Source: Longimicrobiales bacterium (lineage in GTDB: Bacteria; Gemmatimonadota; Gemmatimonadetes; Longimicrobiales; Gaopeijiaceae). From it: DNA of 64,000 nucleotides. Under the pieces are notes generated by a model. The model was not told the DNA's origin and searched no databases. It worked only from the letters and a program-made list of their open reading frames with translations. The first letter of the stretch is position 1, and every line of letters starts with the position of its first letter. Positions 9,636 through 18,959 of the stretch are shown one piece after another. The translations under genes and the position numbers were made by a program. The DNA lies in NCBI GenBank assembly GCA_965204735.1, contig OZ242008.1, forward strand, positions 1 to 64,000, in the 5' to 3' direction.

Positions 9636-9839
9636 AAGACGCGCTCCCGCGGGGCGTCCAGTCGATGCAATGTCATGCCAGACAGGGCTTTATCCATGGG
9701 ACAGCATGGTGCCCACGTCTTGGACATCTTATGGGACATTTTGAGTAGGCGAAATCTACTGACGGCCCGGAAGTAGTCGGCGGAAACGGCTTCTGGATCC
9801 GTCCGCCATGTCCCGCCCTTCGACCCCCAAAGCGCAGGG

Positions 9840-12125
9840 TCAGTCTAGGTCCAAGAGGCTCCGCCAGAACGCAGAGACATCCGCCCGGCTTTGGTCTCTG
9901 GTATCCTCGCCCGCGCGGATGATGCTGGGTGGATGGGACAGCCGAAGCAGCTTGTCGCTGGGACCCGACTTCTTCACGGATTGTTCGATGAGCAGACGGT
10001 GGTCTTCCAACAGCCTCCGAACGAACGGCCAGTCGGGGTCGCGTGTGGTCGAGAACCTATCAAGGTCGTCCTCCGACACGTAGAACCGCCGATCCATCTT
10101 GTGGAGAAAGCGCTCCAAAAGGCGGATTCTGCGCAGCTGGGCGTGTGAGTACCGAGTTGGTCTTGGCCCTGCTGCGGTTTCCATGCCCAACTTGCGCAAG
10201 ATCGCGTGCACGTCTCCCGGCGCGAAGTACTCTCCCTTGGGGAAATCTTCGTCGCCAGCCGCGATTCGAATTCCCTGAACCTGCTTGATCAGGCCAATGG
10301 GAGCGCCGTGGAACTCGGTGCGTCCGAGACTCACGACAGGCAGCCGAAGCGTGCAGGCCTCGAAGCTCGGGAATCGCATCCGCGTCTTCGTGAAGTCCAC
10401 CTCGTGGAACTCGCAGCGCAGGAAGTGTGGGCGATCTAGGTCGGCGGGTCCCAGCCGGCCGTGCCGGAAGACGAGATTGCGCAACGCACCGACGAGCCGC
10501 AGCTGGCCGCTGTCGGCGATGAGCCTTGCCACGAGGCGGCCGCCGTTTTCCCTGCCCACGACATCCACAAGTCCCTGTCGGACAGCCGCGCACACCGACT
10601 CGATCGTAACCGCGCGGTCGCTGCCGTTGGTTGCCGCGATCCTCGCGACTTCGTCGGTCACGATGTCGTCAAGAACCGATCGGTTGAGGAAATGCCGAAG
10701 ATCGTCTGGTTCCTGCTCCAAGCACTGGCCGACCTTGCTTGCCAAGAAATAGCTGTAGAACACTTCGTGCTCGAAGCGGAGAGTCTTCCCGCCCGCGTCG
10801 GCTGTAGTAAGAAACGCGTAGCTGGACACGCGACTCCGGATTGCCTTGGCTGCGTCCGGTGGCAATCCATGGCCTTCGGCCAAGAGTGCGGCGAGTTCCT
10901 GCACGGTCTCGAAATCCAGGTTGCGACGCTCCTGCCACCACATTTCCATGGCCAACTCCGCCAAGAACAAGCGGTGCTGATCCCGGCTCATAAGAGGCGC
11001 TCCGGCTTTGCTCAAGAGCTTCTTGTGTTCGCGAACTACAAGGGCGTCCACAAGCCGATCCAACAAAGTCATGTCGGAGAACAGATCAACGCCTTCCATC
11101 AACAGTTCGGCGACCCGCGACACGTAGAACGGTTTTGACAGTACTCTGCGGTTCGACTCGTCCAGGCTGTTTCGCAGCTGCCGGAACTCCGAAAGCACCT
11201 TATTGGGTTTCCGGGAATTGACCGTTTTGGCCGCCTTCTTCACATAGTTGTCACCCTGCGCGTCGCGCCAGGGCTGTACAAGCACGGGGTCCACGCGATA
11301 CCCGAGTCGGCCATCCCATCCAAACCGTGTAGCGTATTCCCGGAAGTTGTTGTAATCGAAGAACGACGAACGTGCGGAGGCCACAACCGCACCTCGCTGC
11401 TCCAGTGTTGCCACGAACGCGGCCAACGAGGAAAACGCCTCGTCGTACCCCCCGCTCCCGAGCAGCTCGTCGAAACCGTCGATCACCGGCACCAAGAGTC
11501 CAGACCGCACGAGTGGCGTGACCGCGCTGTAGGTAAACCTAGCTCGGAGGTCCTGCAATTCTCTAGCCATTGCATCGTCGAGTCGCGACAAAGACCGACC
11601 TTGGACGTCCACATAGAAAAACAGCGACTTCACGCTTCCGTCGATGAATTGTTCAGCTCTCCGCAGGGTCATGTGCCGGAGCACCATCGTCTTGCCCGAT
11701 CCCGCTTCACCTTGGACCAACACCACGCGAGTGGCCAAGTACGGCAAGTCTTCGGTGCTTCGGGATGCAACTACTCCCACGGCATCTTCGTGACGCTGGT
11801 CGCCGTTGTCGCCCCTGTCCTCGTCATTGTCACCGACGCTGGCCAGCGTCTGAACGTAGTCCGGCCCATCGGGAGCTGTTTTGACCACAAACTGGGCAAG
11901 GCGGTCCAGATCGGCCATTTCGGGGCCCGCCAGAAAGTGTTGATAGCTCATCCAAGTGTCGCCGATGCGCACGTCCGGCCAGCTTTCGGCATCCGACTGC
12001 CTCAAAGTCGCTGTGCGGCTGCGACCGTCTCGTTCCCAGATCAACGTGCGGTTGTCCATGAGCACGTCCGATCCGGGGTCGGCGAACCGTCTTATGTCCT
12101 TCTTGATTTCCGCTGTCCGGTCCAT
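9840..12125 (-). CDS. NACHT/STAND NTPase with pentapeptide-repeat-like and C-terminal domains
   Basis: Walker A VLVQGEAGSGKT, Walker B VIDGFDE, ASAR sensor, KPFY, LRFEHEVFYSYFLA (NACHT winged-helix F.H..F..YF.A); pentapeptide-like run LRNLVFRHGRL...CEFHEVDFTKTRM. Confidence 0.85.
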   Translation of the reverse strand: MDRTAEIKKDIRRFADPGSDVLMDNRTLIWERDGRSRTATLRQSDAESWPDVRIGDTWMSYQHFLAGPEMADLDRLAQFVVKTAPDGPDYVQTLASVGDNDEDRGDNGDQRHEDAVGVVASRSTEDLPYLATRVVLVQGEAGSGKTMVLRHMTLRRAEQFIDGSVKSLFFYVDVQGRSLSRLDDAMARELQDLRARFTYSAVTPLVRSGLLVPVIDGFDELLGSGGYDEAFSSLAAFVATLEQRGAVVASARSSFFDYNNFREYATRFGWDGRLGYRVDPVLVQPWRDAQGDNYVKKAAKTVNSRKPNKVLSEFRQLRNSLDESNRRVLSKPFYVSRVAELLMEGVDLFSDMTLLDRLVDALVVREHKKLLSKAGAPLMSRDQHRLFLAELAMEMWWQERRNLDFETVQELAALLAEGHGLPPDAAKAIRSRVSSYAFLTTADAGGKTLRFEHEVFYSYFLASKVGQCLEQEPDDLRHFLNRSVLDDIVTDEVARIAATNGSDRAVTIESVCAAVRQGLVDVVGRENGGRLVARLIADSGQLRLVGALRNLVFRHGRLGPADLDRPHFLRCEFHEVDFTKTRMRFPSFEACTLRLPVVSLGRTEFHGAPIGLIKQVQGIRIAAGDEDFPKGEYFAPGDVHAILRKLGMETAAGPRPTRYSHAQLRRIRLLERFLHKMDRRFYVSEDDLDRFSTTRDPDWPFVRRLLEDHRLLIEQSVKKSGPSDKLLRLSHPPSIIRAGEDTRDQSRADVSAFWRSLLDLD

Positions 12126-12128
12126 TGG

Positions 12129-12833
12129 CTACCAGGCGCAGACTCGTGCCCCCTCGCGTTCCAGCAGGTCCCTGTAGAAGCCCTTCGCGTCCCGCTTCGT
12201 CAAGTATACCAGCTCCACGTCGGAGACCACAAGGGCGAGAAGGGCCGGAACCATGTCGTGGTCGTCGCTGGCCAGCACCACGGTGTCCGCCAGCTTCTCG
12301 TAACGGATCGCCATGGCGTCCGCGGTCAGCAGAGTGTCGACCATCTTCTGCGTGTGCCTGGATGCAACGTCCGACAGGCGCACCGGGCATCCTGTCGCCG
12401 GGCACCGGCCTTTGCACCATGACTCAAAGGAGGCGAGAGTGCATTGGGCAGGCCCGAGGAGGCAGTCGCGGGACGGTTCGACGGTCGTCCTGAGTCGCGT
12501 TGCCCGAGACATCCGGACGGAGTTGCGTATTGGGACGGTCCGGTCCCAGACGGGTGATTCCGCAAGTTCGATCCGAAAGATCTGGCGGCCACGTCGGCGG
12601 GGCATGTCGTCTATTGACCGAGCCACCATGAGCCGCAGGTCGCGTTGTGCAGCCGGAATGTTTCCGTCCCATCCACCGTAGAGTCGTGTCGTCACCTCGC
12701 TGGCGTGAGGGACGGCGGTGAGGACACGGTCCGCAAGTTGCCCAAGCCCGTCTCGGATATCCGCGTAGTTCGGGGGTCGTCCGCTCGGCCAGAGCTCGAG
12801 GTTGAAGAGGTCGGCAAGACAGTAGGCACGCAT
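12129..12833 (-). CDS. NYN domain (PIN-like) ribonuclease with Cys-rich insert
   Basis: From ATG 12833: AYCLADLFN (DxxN), RLYGGW, QKMVDTLL, LASDDHDMVPAL; insert CLLGPAQC...WCKGRCPATGCP. Stop lies 3 nt before the NACHT ATG. Confidence 0.82.
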   Translation of the reverse strand: MRAYCLADLFNLELWPSGRPPNYADIRDGLGQLADRVLTAVPHASEVTTRLYGGWDGNIPAAQRDLRLMVARSIDDMPRRRGRQIFRIELAESPVWDRTVPIRNSVRMSRATRLRTTVEPSRDCLLGPAQCTLASFESWCKGRCPATGCPVRLSDVASRHTQKMVDTLLTADAMAIRYEKLADTVVLASDDHDMVPALLALVVSDVELVYLTKRDAKGFYRDLLEREGARVCAW

Positions 12834-12897
12834 CCGTCCGTCGTGTCGTTCGAGGCTTGGGTGTGGGGAGACAAGGTAGCACCACGCCACAACGGGA

Positions 12898-12949
12898 GCG
12901 AGGACAATGTGCTCGACCCGGACCCGACGATGGGCGGCGAGGACTTCGC
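12898..12949 (+). repeat. 52-bp direct repeat copy 2 (amidohydrolase fragment between the DUF1828-like and NYN genes)
   Basis: GCGAGGACAATGTGCTCGACCCGGACCCGACGATGGGCGGCGAGGACTTCGC matches 9403-9454 with 2 mismatches. Confidence 0.9.
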
Positions 12950-13734
12950 TACGCCGCAACCCCAGCTCTTCTGCCAAGCTTTCGTGCCAAGTCGTCACTT
13001 GAGTCCAGCGACGACACCATCTCGCCGCCGACGTCCGACAGCCGCGCTAGGTCCGACGGAGGAATCTTCTGCTGATCCTCGAACACGATGAGAGACTCGA
13101 AGGCCAGTCCATGCCGATGGAAGTGCGACAGCATAATGGTGGTCAGCCGCGCCTTGTCGCGGTTTGGCACGCCGTACAAGAAGACGGGATCGCCATTTCC
13201 CTCGATCCTGTAGTCGACCGAGTATGCTTCGGCGTGGGGCACCTTGCTCGGCCGGTAGTGGCGCTGCACGCTCCCTTGGTCCACCATTTCGCCGATTAGG
13301 TCCGCCAGGTCGTCATAGAAGGTGGAAGAAACCCGCGATCGCGACAGCGTCGTCAGGTCGAAGATACGAGTCATAGCCTGTCCGTAGCGAAAAATAGCTT
13401 CGGAAAGCTGCTCGGTGGGCGTGTCGAACACGAACGCGCCGCCGTTCCTTGCCAAACCGGTTTCGGCCAAGATGCGCTCCAGCAAGAGTCCGCGACTTCC
13501 TGCCAGGAATGCATCGACATCGTGATCGTAGCTGATGCGCATCAATGTGTGTCCACGATCCGACAGTCGAAGGCCACCCGTCACTTCCGAAACATGGATC
13601 GGGTAGTGATCCCCGTCCGGGAACTCGAAGAAGGTGTCGAGCATGAGCGCGCCGTCCGGTCGGCGCTCGAGACGAACGTCGTGGCAAAGTCCTTTGCACA
13701 ACGACCGTTGCAGGCCGTCGATGTCAAGTGCCAT
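12949..13734 (-). CDS. DUF1828/DUF1829-like protein
   Basis: DTFFEFPDGDHYPIHV...LRLSDRGHTL resembles the DUF1828 TPF..PDGD....SD.G.T pattern; C-terminal YSVDYRI region possibly nuclease-like. Confidence 0.72.
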   Translation of the reverse strand: MALDIDGLQRSLCKGLCHDVRLERRPDGALMLDTFFEFPDGDHYPIHVSEVTGGLRLSDRGHTLMRISYDHDVDAFLAGSRGLLLERILAETGLARNGGAFVFDTPTEQLSEAIFRYGQAMTRIFDLTTLSRSRVSSTFYDDLADLIGEMVDQGSVQRHYRPSKVPHAEAYSVDYRIEGNGDPVFLYGVPNRDKARLTTIMLSHFHRHGLAFESLIVFEDQQKIPPSDLARLSDVGGEMVSSLDSSDDLARKLGRRAGVAA

Positions 13735-13884
13735 CGAACAAGTCCGGCTGTACCTCGTCAGTGTAGTGCAGTGTCGTCACGGCTTGCAAGCGATCGGTGG
13801 AAGGCGTCTATCGACAGACCGGAAGATCGCCTACTGCGAGGCTCAGTGGAAGCCCCAATGGGCGGAACGCCGCGCCGCCCGCCC

Positions 13885-14865
13885 TCACACCCCTGCCAGC
13901 CCGCACGAAGGCGGCAGCTCCGCTCCCTCTCCCTCGACCCCGGCCACCACCTCCAGCCGACGCTGGACCGCGGTCCCGAAGACGCCGCCGCCGTTCCCGA
14001 AGACCGAGGAGATGCGCACCTCTCCCGACGGGTGGAAGTCGCCGCCTCGGGCCCAGTTGGCCCAGTTGCGGTCGAGGGCGGAGACGGACAGCGACGCGCG
14101 CGCGCCGTCGGGCAGGCCGTCCCGAAGAGCGAGGATCACGTCCGCGTCCCCGTCGTCGTTGAAGATGTCCAGCAGGCCGAAGTCGCGAGGGAACGCGATC
14201 TCGCTGTCGTCGCGTCCGATGGAGAGGCCGGTCAGGTTCAGCGTGTCGGGAGCTTCGATCTCGCGTGCCGCGAGAGGCGCCCGCAGGCCAGTGAACTCGG
14301 CTTCGGCCAAGTACGACCACGCGCCGTCGGCCGGGGTCCAGCGGAGACGATGGTTGGCGTCGGGCTCCAGCCGGCAAGCGCCCCCGGAGTAGGCCAGCCC
14401 GCTGAAGTTGAAGGCGCCGGGGATGCGGCTTTCTCCGGTCAGGACCTGCCCGCCGGGCGCCCCAACCTCCACGGAAAGCTCTTCCCCCGGAGCGAACGGC
14501 GTCGTTCCGCTGGGCGCCGTGTAGCAGGTTCCCTCCCCCAGGTACTCCCTTTCGTAGCGAGCCACGACGCACTCGTCCAGATCGGCTTCGACGAGGGCGA
14601 CCACGTTGCCGAACTCGCCCGCAATGCGCACCGACGCGCCGCTCAAAGTTCCCGAAGCGGCTCCATGCACCTTGTGCAGGAGCGTGGGAACGGCCATGCG
14701 CACCCGGGGCGGGTCGCCGGGTCCACCGGGCTCCAGCGTCAGGACCACCTGGACCTCGGCGACGATCAGGTCGTCCGGCCGAAGCAGCTCCATTTCGGTG
14801 AGCTCGCAGCCGGCGACGGCAGCAACCGCGAGGCAACAGGCCATGGCGCCCCGACGCCCCCTCAT
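13885..14865 (-). CDS. Lipoprotein partner of the TonB receptor (DUF4249-like)
   Basis: ATG 14865 overlaps the receptor stop (ATGA); signal peptide with lipobox VAGC; C-terminal SSVFGNGGGVFG. Confidence 0.7.
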   Translation of the reverse strand: MRGRRGAMACCLAVAAVAGCELTEMELLRPDDLIVAEVQVVLTLEPGGPGDPPRVRMAVPTLLHKVHGAASGTLSGASVRIAGEFGNVVALVEADLDECVVARYEREYLGEGTCYTAPSGTTPFAPGEELSVEVGAPGGQVLTGESRIPGAFNFSGLAYSGGACRLEPDANHRLRWTPADGAWSYLAEAEFTGLRAPLAAREIEAPDTLNLTGLSIGRDDSEIAFPRDFGLLDIFNDDGDADVILALRDGLPDGARASLSVSALDRNWANWARGGDFHPSGEVRISSVFGNGGGVFGTAVQRRLEVVAGVEGEGAELPPSCGLAGV

Positions 14866-17507
14866 CGGAACGACGCCTCGACGCCGATCGTCGGCAGGAT
14901 CGGGATCATGGAGATGCCGGTGCGCACGGGCGGGTCCCGATCGTACTCGAAGAAGTAGAAGAGCGCGTTCTTGTGGTTGTACACGTTGACGACGTTCAGG
15001 TAGGGGACGAGCCGGCCCCAGCTGCGGACCACGGGCTTGCGCACGCCGACGTCCAGCCGATGGCGGGCCGGGTAGCGCGCGCCGTTGCGGGCGCCGAGGA
15101 GCACGGCCGTGTTGTAGTCGATCTGCACCCCTCCGCGCAGCGGCCGGTGGCTGTAGTGCTCGAACGTTCCCAAGGGGCGGGTGTAGGGCAGGCCGGTGCC
15201 GAAGTTGAAGCGCAGGTTGCCCTCCAGGCCCCACCATCCCAATGGACGACGGAGCACCAGGTCCAGGTCGAAGCGGCGGTCGAAGAGGGGCGGATAGGTG
15301 ATCAAGGGCTGGGGATCAAGTCCCGAACGGGAGTTGGGGAAGGTGCGGTCGGTCTTGAGGAACGAGGCCGACACCCAGCCCGTGGCGGCGCCCAAGTCGC
15401 GCCTGGCGTACAGATCCACTCCCCAGGCGCGACCGGTTCCGGTCAGCAGGTCGTCCAGAGGATCGTTGGGGTCGTCGGCCGTGTTCTCGGCGATCACGCC
15501 GTCGAAGGTTCGGTAGTAGCCCTCCAACGAACCGAACCATGCGTCGTCGTCCCCGAAAAAGCTCTCGACGGCCAGCTGAATCTGGTCCGACACGACCCGC
15601 GGCGCGCGCTCCCCCGCGACCACCCACACGTCCAGCCCGATCGGCAGCTCTTCGTTGCGCCGGGAGTGGATGAACTGGGAGTAGCGACCGCCCGCGACCC
15701 TGACCGCCGAACGGCCCCCGCGCACGAAGCGCTTGAGGGCGAAGCGGGGCGACACGGTGGTCTCGCTCTCGCCGGTGTTCGGACGCCAATGGTCCAGGCG
15801 GACGCCGGCCTCCACCAGCCACCGGGAGCTGGGGTCCCACAGGACCTGCGTGTAGGCGGCGGTTTCCCAGCCGTGGCCGCGACCGTCCACGAAGTCGGTG
15901 CCGCCCGCCCGGATCTCGTTGTCGTAGGCGACGCGGCTGGCGGCCAGGCCGGACTTCCACCGGGCGCGGGGGGTCGGCCGGTGCTCGAGGTCCGCCCGCA
16001 CCGTGGCTTGCTCCGCGAAAGTGGCGAAGGTGGCGTCGAAGTCGTCGAAGCCCAGGTCGGCCTTGAAGCGGGTGAACGAAGCCTTCACGTCGAGGGCGCC
16101 GCCGCCCCGCATCGGACTCGTCCACGACGCGCCCGCCGCCACGTTGCCCCAGTCCCAGTCGAACTGCAGCGGCGCGTCTTCCTCGCTGAGCTGGGAAAGG
16201 TCCAGCACGTCCTCGCCGGCGTAGGCACTGATCCGGAGCCGGTTGCCGCCCCGGGTCCAGCCCTCGAAGACCGCCTGCAAGTCGGACAGGTGGTAGGGGA
16301 CGGTCGTCCACGGCCGGAAGACCACGTCGAAGTACGACCTGCGCCCCGAGACCCGCCAGCGGGCGTTGGCCAACCCCAGGCCGTCGGCAAGACCGGCGGG
16401 GAGCGAGCCGTTCACCGCCGTCCGGGTCGCGAGCAAGCTCACTCCGGCGTCCACGCCGAAGCGGCCGTCCCCCGGATCCGACTCGACGGAGAGCACCGAC
16501 GACACCCGTCCCCCGTACTCGGCCGGGAATCCTCCCGACTGAAGCTCGGCCCGCGCCACCATGTCGGCGTTGAAGACCGAGAAGAAGCCGCCCAGGTGGA
16601 AGGGGTTGAAGATCGGCACGTCGTCCAGAAGGATCAGGTTCTGGTCGGCGGAACCGCCTCGGACGTTGAAGGCCGCAGAGAAGTCGGAGACGGTGGTGAC
16701 GCCCGGCAGCACCTCCACGGCCCGAACCGGGTCGGCCTCCGCCACGCCGGGGATCGCCTTCACCACTCCCCGCTCGATCTCCTGGATCGTGGCGCCCGCG
16801 GTTTCCTCGAAGCGGGCTCGCGCCCGGCTGCGCTCGGCTTCGACCACGACGCCCGCCAGCTCGATCGCCTGGGGGGACAGGACGGCCTCCACCTCCACGC
16901 GACCGGGGCCGCTCGCCTGGACGGCAGTCTCGTGGGGCGCGAAGCCTAGCCGCTCGACGACGAGCCGGTACTCGCCCAGCGCCACGTCGGCGAAGGAGAA
17001 GTACCCCAGGGCGTCGGTGGCTCCGATGCGGAGGGGGGGCGACGCCGAGTCGGCTGCGGCCAAGAACAGGCGAACGACGGCCCCCTCCACCGGCGTGCCG
17101 TCCTCGGACCAGACGCGGCCGGCGATCTCGGCGTTCTGGGGGAACGTCGCGCTTGCCGTCGGCGACCGCGCCTCGGCGACCGCAGGGGCTGCTTCCGTGG
17201 TGGGCGCTGCCGAAGCCGCCGGTGCCGCTTTCGTGGTGGGCGTTGCCGATGCAGCAGGTCCTGCTTCCGTGGTGGGCGCCGCCGAAGCCGCCGGTGCGGG
17301 GACGAACGCCGAGCCGACCACGGCCGCCGCGCCGAGGAGAGCGGCGCCGATCCGACGTGGCCCGCGGCCGGGAGCGGCGTCGCGATGTGGCCCGCGGCCG
17401 GGAGTGCCGACACGATGTCGCCCCCGGCCGGGAGCGCCGACGCGATGTGGCCCCCGGCCGGGAACGCCGACGAGTCGGTTGGATGCGAAGAGATCGGCAG
17501 GGATCAC
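14862..17507 (-). CDS. TonB-dependent receptor with N-terminal carboxypeptidase-regulatory-like domain
   Basis: IAGRV...PVEGAVV...TDALGYF; plug motif FNVRGGSADQNLILLDDVPIFNPFHLGGFFSVFN, GGFPAEYGGRVSSV; C-terminal NVYN and terminal aromatic. Start uncertain. Confidence 0.9.
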   Translation of the reverse strand: MIPADLFASNRLVGVPGRGPHRVGAPGRGRHRVGTPGRGPHRDAAPGRGPRRIGAALLGAAAVVGSAFVPAPAASAAPTTEAGPAASATPTTKAAPAASAAPTTEAAPAVAEARSPTASATFPQNAEIAGRVWSEDGTPVEGAVVRLFLAAADSASPPLRIGATDALGYFSFADVALGEYRLVVERLGFAPHETAVQASGPGRVEVEAVLSPQAIELAGVVVEAERSRARARFEETAGATIQEIERGVVKAIPGVAEADPVRAVEVLPGVTTVSDFSAAFNVRGGSADQNLILLDDVPIFNPFHLGGFFSVFNADMVARAELQSGGFPAEYGGRVSSVLSVESDPGDGRFGVDAGVSLLATRTAVNGSLPAGLADGLGLANARWRVSGRRSYFDVVFRPWTTVPYHLSDLQAVFEGWTRGGNRLRISAYAGEDVLDLSQLSEEDAPLQFDWDWGNVAAGASWTSPMRGGGALDVKASFTRFKADLGFDDFDATFATFAEQATVRADLEHRPTPRARWKSGLAASRVAYDNEIRAGGTDFVDGRGHGWETAAYTQVLWDPSSRWLVEAGVRLDHWRPNTGESETTVSPRFALKRFVRGGRSAVRVAGGRYSQFIHSRRNEELPIGLDVWVVAGERAPRVVSDQIQLAVESFFGDDDAWFGSLEGYYRTFDGVIAENTADDPNDPLDDLLTGTGRAWGVDLYARRDLGAATGWVSASFLKTDRTFPNSRSGLDPQPLITYPPLFDRRFDLDLVLRRPLGWWGLEGNLRFNFGTGLPYTRPLGTFEHYSHRPLRGGVQIDYNTAVLLGARNGARYPARHRLDVGVRKPVVRSWGRLVPYLNVVNVYNHKNALFYFFEYDRDPPVRTGISMIPILPTIGVEASFR
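17181..17470. repeat. Coding tandem repeats in the TonB receptor N-terminus
   Basis: About 3x 36 bp (AASAAPTTEAAP-like) at 17181-17297 and about 4x 30 bp (GAPGRGPHRV-like) at 17341-17470. Confidence 0.85.
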
Positions 17508-17655
17508 GAGACGGCGGGTCTCCGGTGGCGGGGAGCGGCTTCAGTCCAGCCGGGGCCGCGCAGGGCAGGCTGGGCCGCTCCGCAGGGCAGGCCGGGCCAC
17601 TCCGCTGGACCGTAAGTTACGCACATCGGACACCCCACTTCCCCAAAAGGTTCCC

Positions 17656-18768
17656 ATGGACAGTGCGACGGCGGGCGGCGCAATGGCGACACAAGCCGCC
17701 CTGGATCGGCTCGATCGGCTTGGACGCACGCGCCTCGCGGCGACGCCGACGCCGCTGGTTCCGGCGCCCCGCTTGGCTGCCCGGCTGGGGATCGACGCGG
17801 CGGTGCACGTGAAGGCCGACGCCTGGACCGGGTTCGGGCTGGGCGGCAACAAGGTCCGCAAGCTGGAGTACGAGCTGGCCCCGAAGCGGCTGGAAGGGGC
17901 GACCCATCTGGTGACCTCGGGCGGGCCCCAATCCAATCACTGCCGGGTCGCGGCGGCGGCAGCCGCCCGCCTGGGACTCGATTGCGTCCTCGTGGTGAAC
18001 GGTGCGCCGGAGCACGCAGGGCGCGGAAACGCGGCGCTCCACCGGCTCTTCGGCGCCAAGATTGCGACCGTCGAACGAAGCTCCCAGCGCGAAGCCGCGA
18101 TGGAGGCGGAGGCGGAGCGGATCGCCGCGGCGGGCGGCAAGGCCCTGGTCGTGCCCCTGGGTGCCTCGACCCCCCGGGGCGCCTTCGGCTACGTCCGCGC
18201 CCTGGCCGAGCTGCGCGACCAGCTGGGCGGGGCGCCGGCGTGGATCTTCGTCTCCTCCTCGTCGGGCGGCACAATGGCGGGACTCGTCCTGGGCTCGGCG
18301 CTGCTGGGATGGCGGCCCCGGTTGGTGGCGGTCAGCGCCGACGATCCGGCGGAACGGATCAAGGCGGTCGCGACCGCGCTGGCCGTCGACGCGGCGAAGC
18401 TGCTCTGTGTCGGCCAGGGCCAAGGCGGCGACGACGGCCGCAAACGCGCCCGCAAGCTGCGAGAGACGCCGACGGGCGGCGGCCCCTGCGCCCCCGACCC
18501 CTGCGCCGGCCTCCCCGAGCGAACCCTGGAAGCGGCGAGCGAGATCATTGCCACCGACGCCTTCGTCGGCCCCGGCTACGGGCGTCCAACCCCCGCCGCC
18601 GAAGAAGCCGCGCTCCTCTTCGCTCGCTGCGCCGGGTTCGTCCTCGACCCCGTCTACACGGCGAAGGCGGCCGCCGCCATGATCGAATGGGCCAGGGAAG
18701 GCAGGCTGGACGGCGCCCGGCACGTCGTCTTCCTTCACACCGGCGGCCACCCCGCGCTCTTCCGCTGA
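17656..18768 (+). CDS. PLP-dependent D-cysteine desulfhydrase / ACC deaminase family protein
   Basis: PTPL, GGNKVRKLEY (PLP lysine), QSNH, SSSGGT, LDPVYTAKA, FLHTGG. Start at ATG 17656 or 17683. Confidence 0.9.
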   Translation: MDSATAGGAMATQAALDRLDRLGRTRLAATPTPLVPAPRLAARLGIDAAVHVKADAWTGFGLGGNKVRKLEYELAPKRLEGATHLVTSGGPQSNHCRVAAAAAARLGLDCVLVVNGAPEHAGRGNAALHRLFGAKIATVERSSQREAAMEAEAERIAAAGGKALVVPLGASTPRGAFGYVRALAELRDQLGGAPAWIFVSSSSGGTMAGLVLGSALLGWRPRLVAVSADDPAERIKAVATALAVDAAKLLCVGQGQGGDDGRKRARKLRETPTGGGPCAPDPCAGLPERTLEAASEIIATDAFVGPGYGRPTPAAEEAALLFARCAGFVLDPVYTAKAAAAMIEWAREGRLDGARHVVFLHTGGHPALFR

Positions 18769-18894
18769 CGGCGTCGATCCCGCACGACCCGGTGCCCGAC
18801 ACCGACGGCTCCGCGCCCGGCGGCCCCGGCGCACCCGTGGCCCAGCGCGCCCCGGCGCACCCGTGGACGCCCCGGACCGCCCCGGACCCCCTTC

Positions 18895-18919
18895 AAACCT
18901 TCCCGGCCCTTGGATCGTC
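18895..18919 (+). promoter_or_regulatory. Putative ECF-sigma promoter (AAAC-N17-CGTC)
   Basis: AAAC at 18895-18898 and CGTC at 18916-18919, just upstream of the ECF sigma gene; fits the general ECF AAC/CGT pattern. Confidence 0.45.
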
Positions 18920-18959
18920 CAAGCCTCCAAGGTCTCACAGGAAGGGGGCGTGCTGGAAG

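Noticed and set aside
9403..12949. Classical attL/attR-bounded integrative element
   Set aside because: No integrase in the window, and the second repeat is not followed by the displaced gene end; kept only as a recombination scar.
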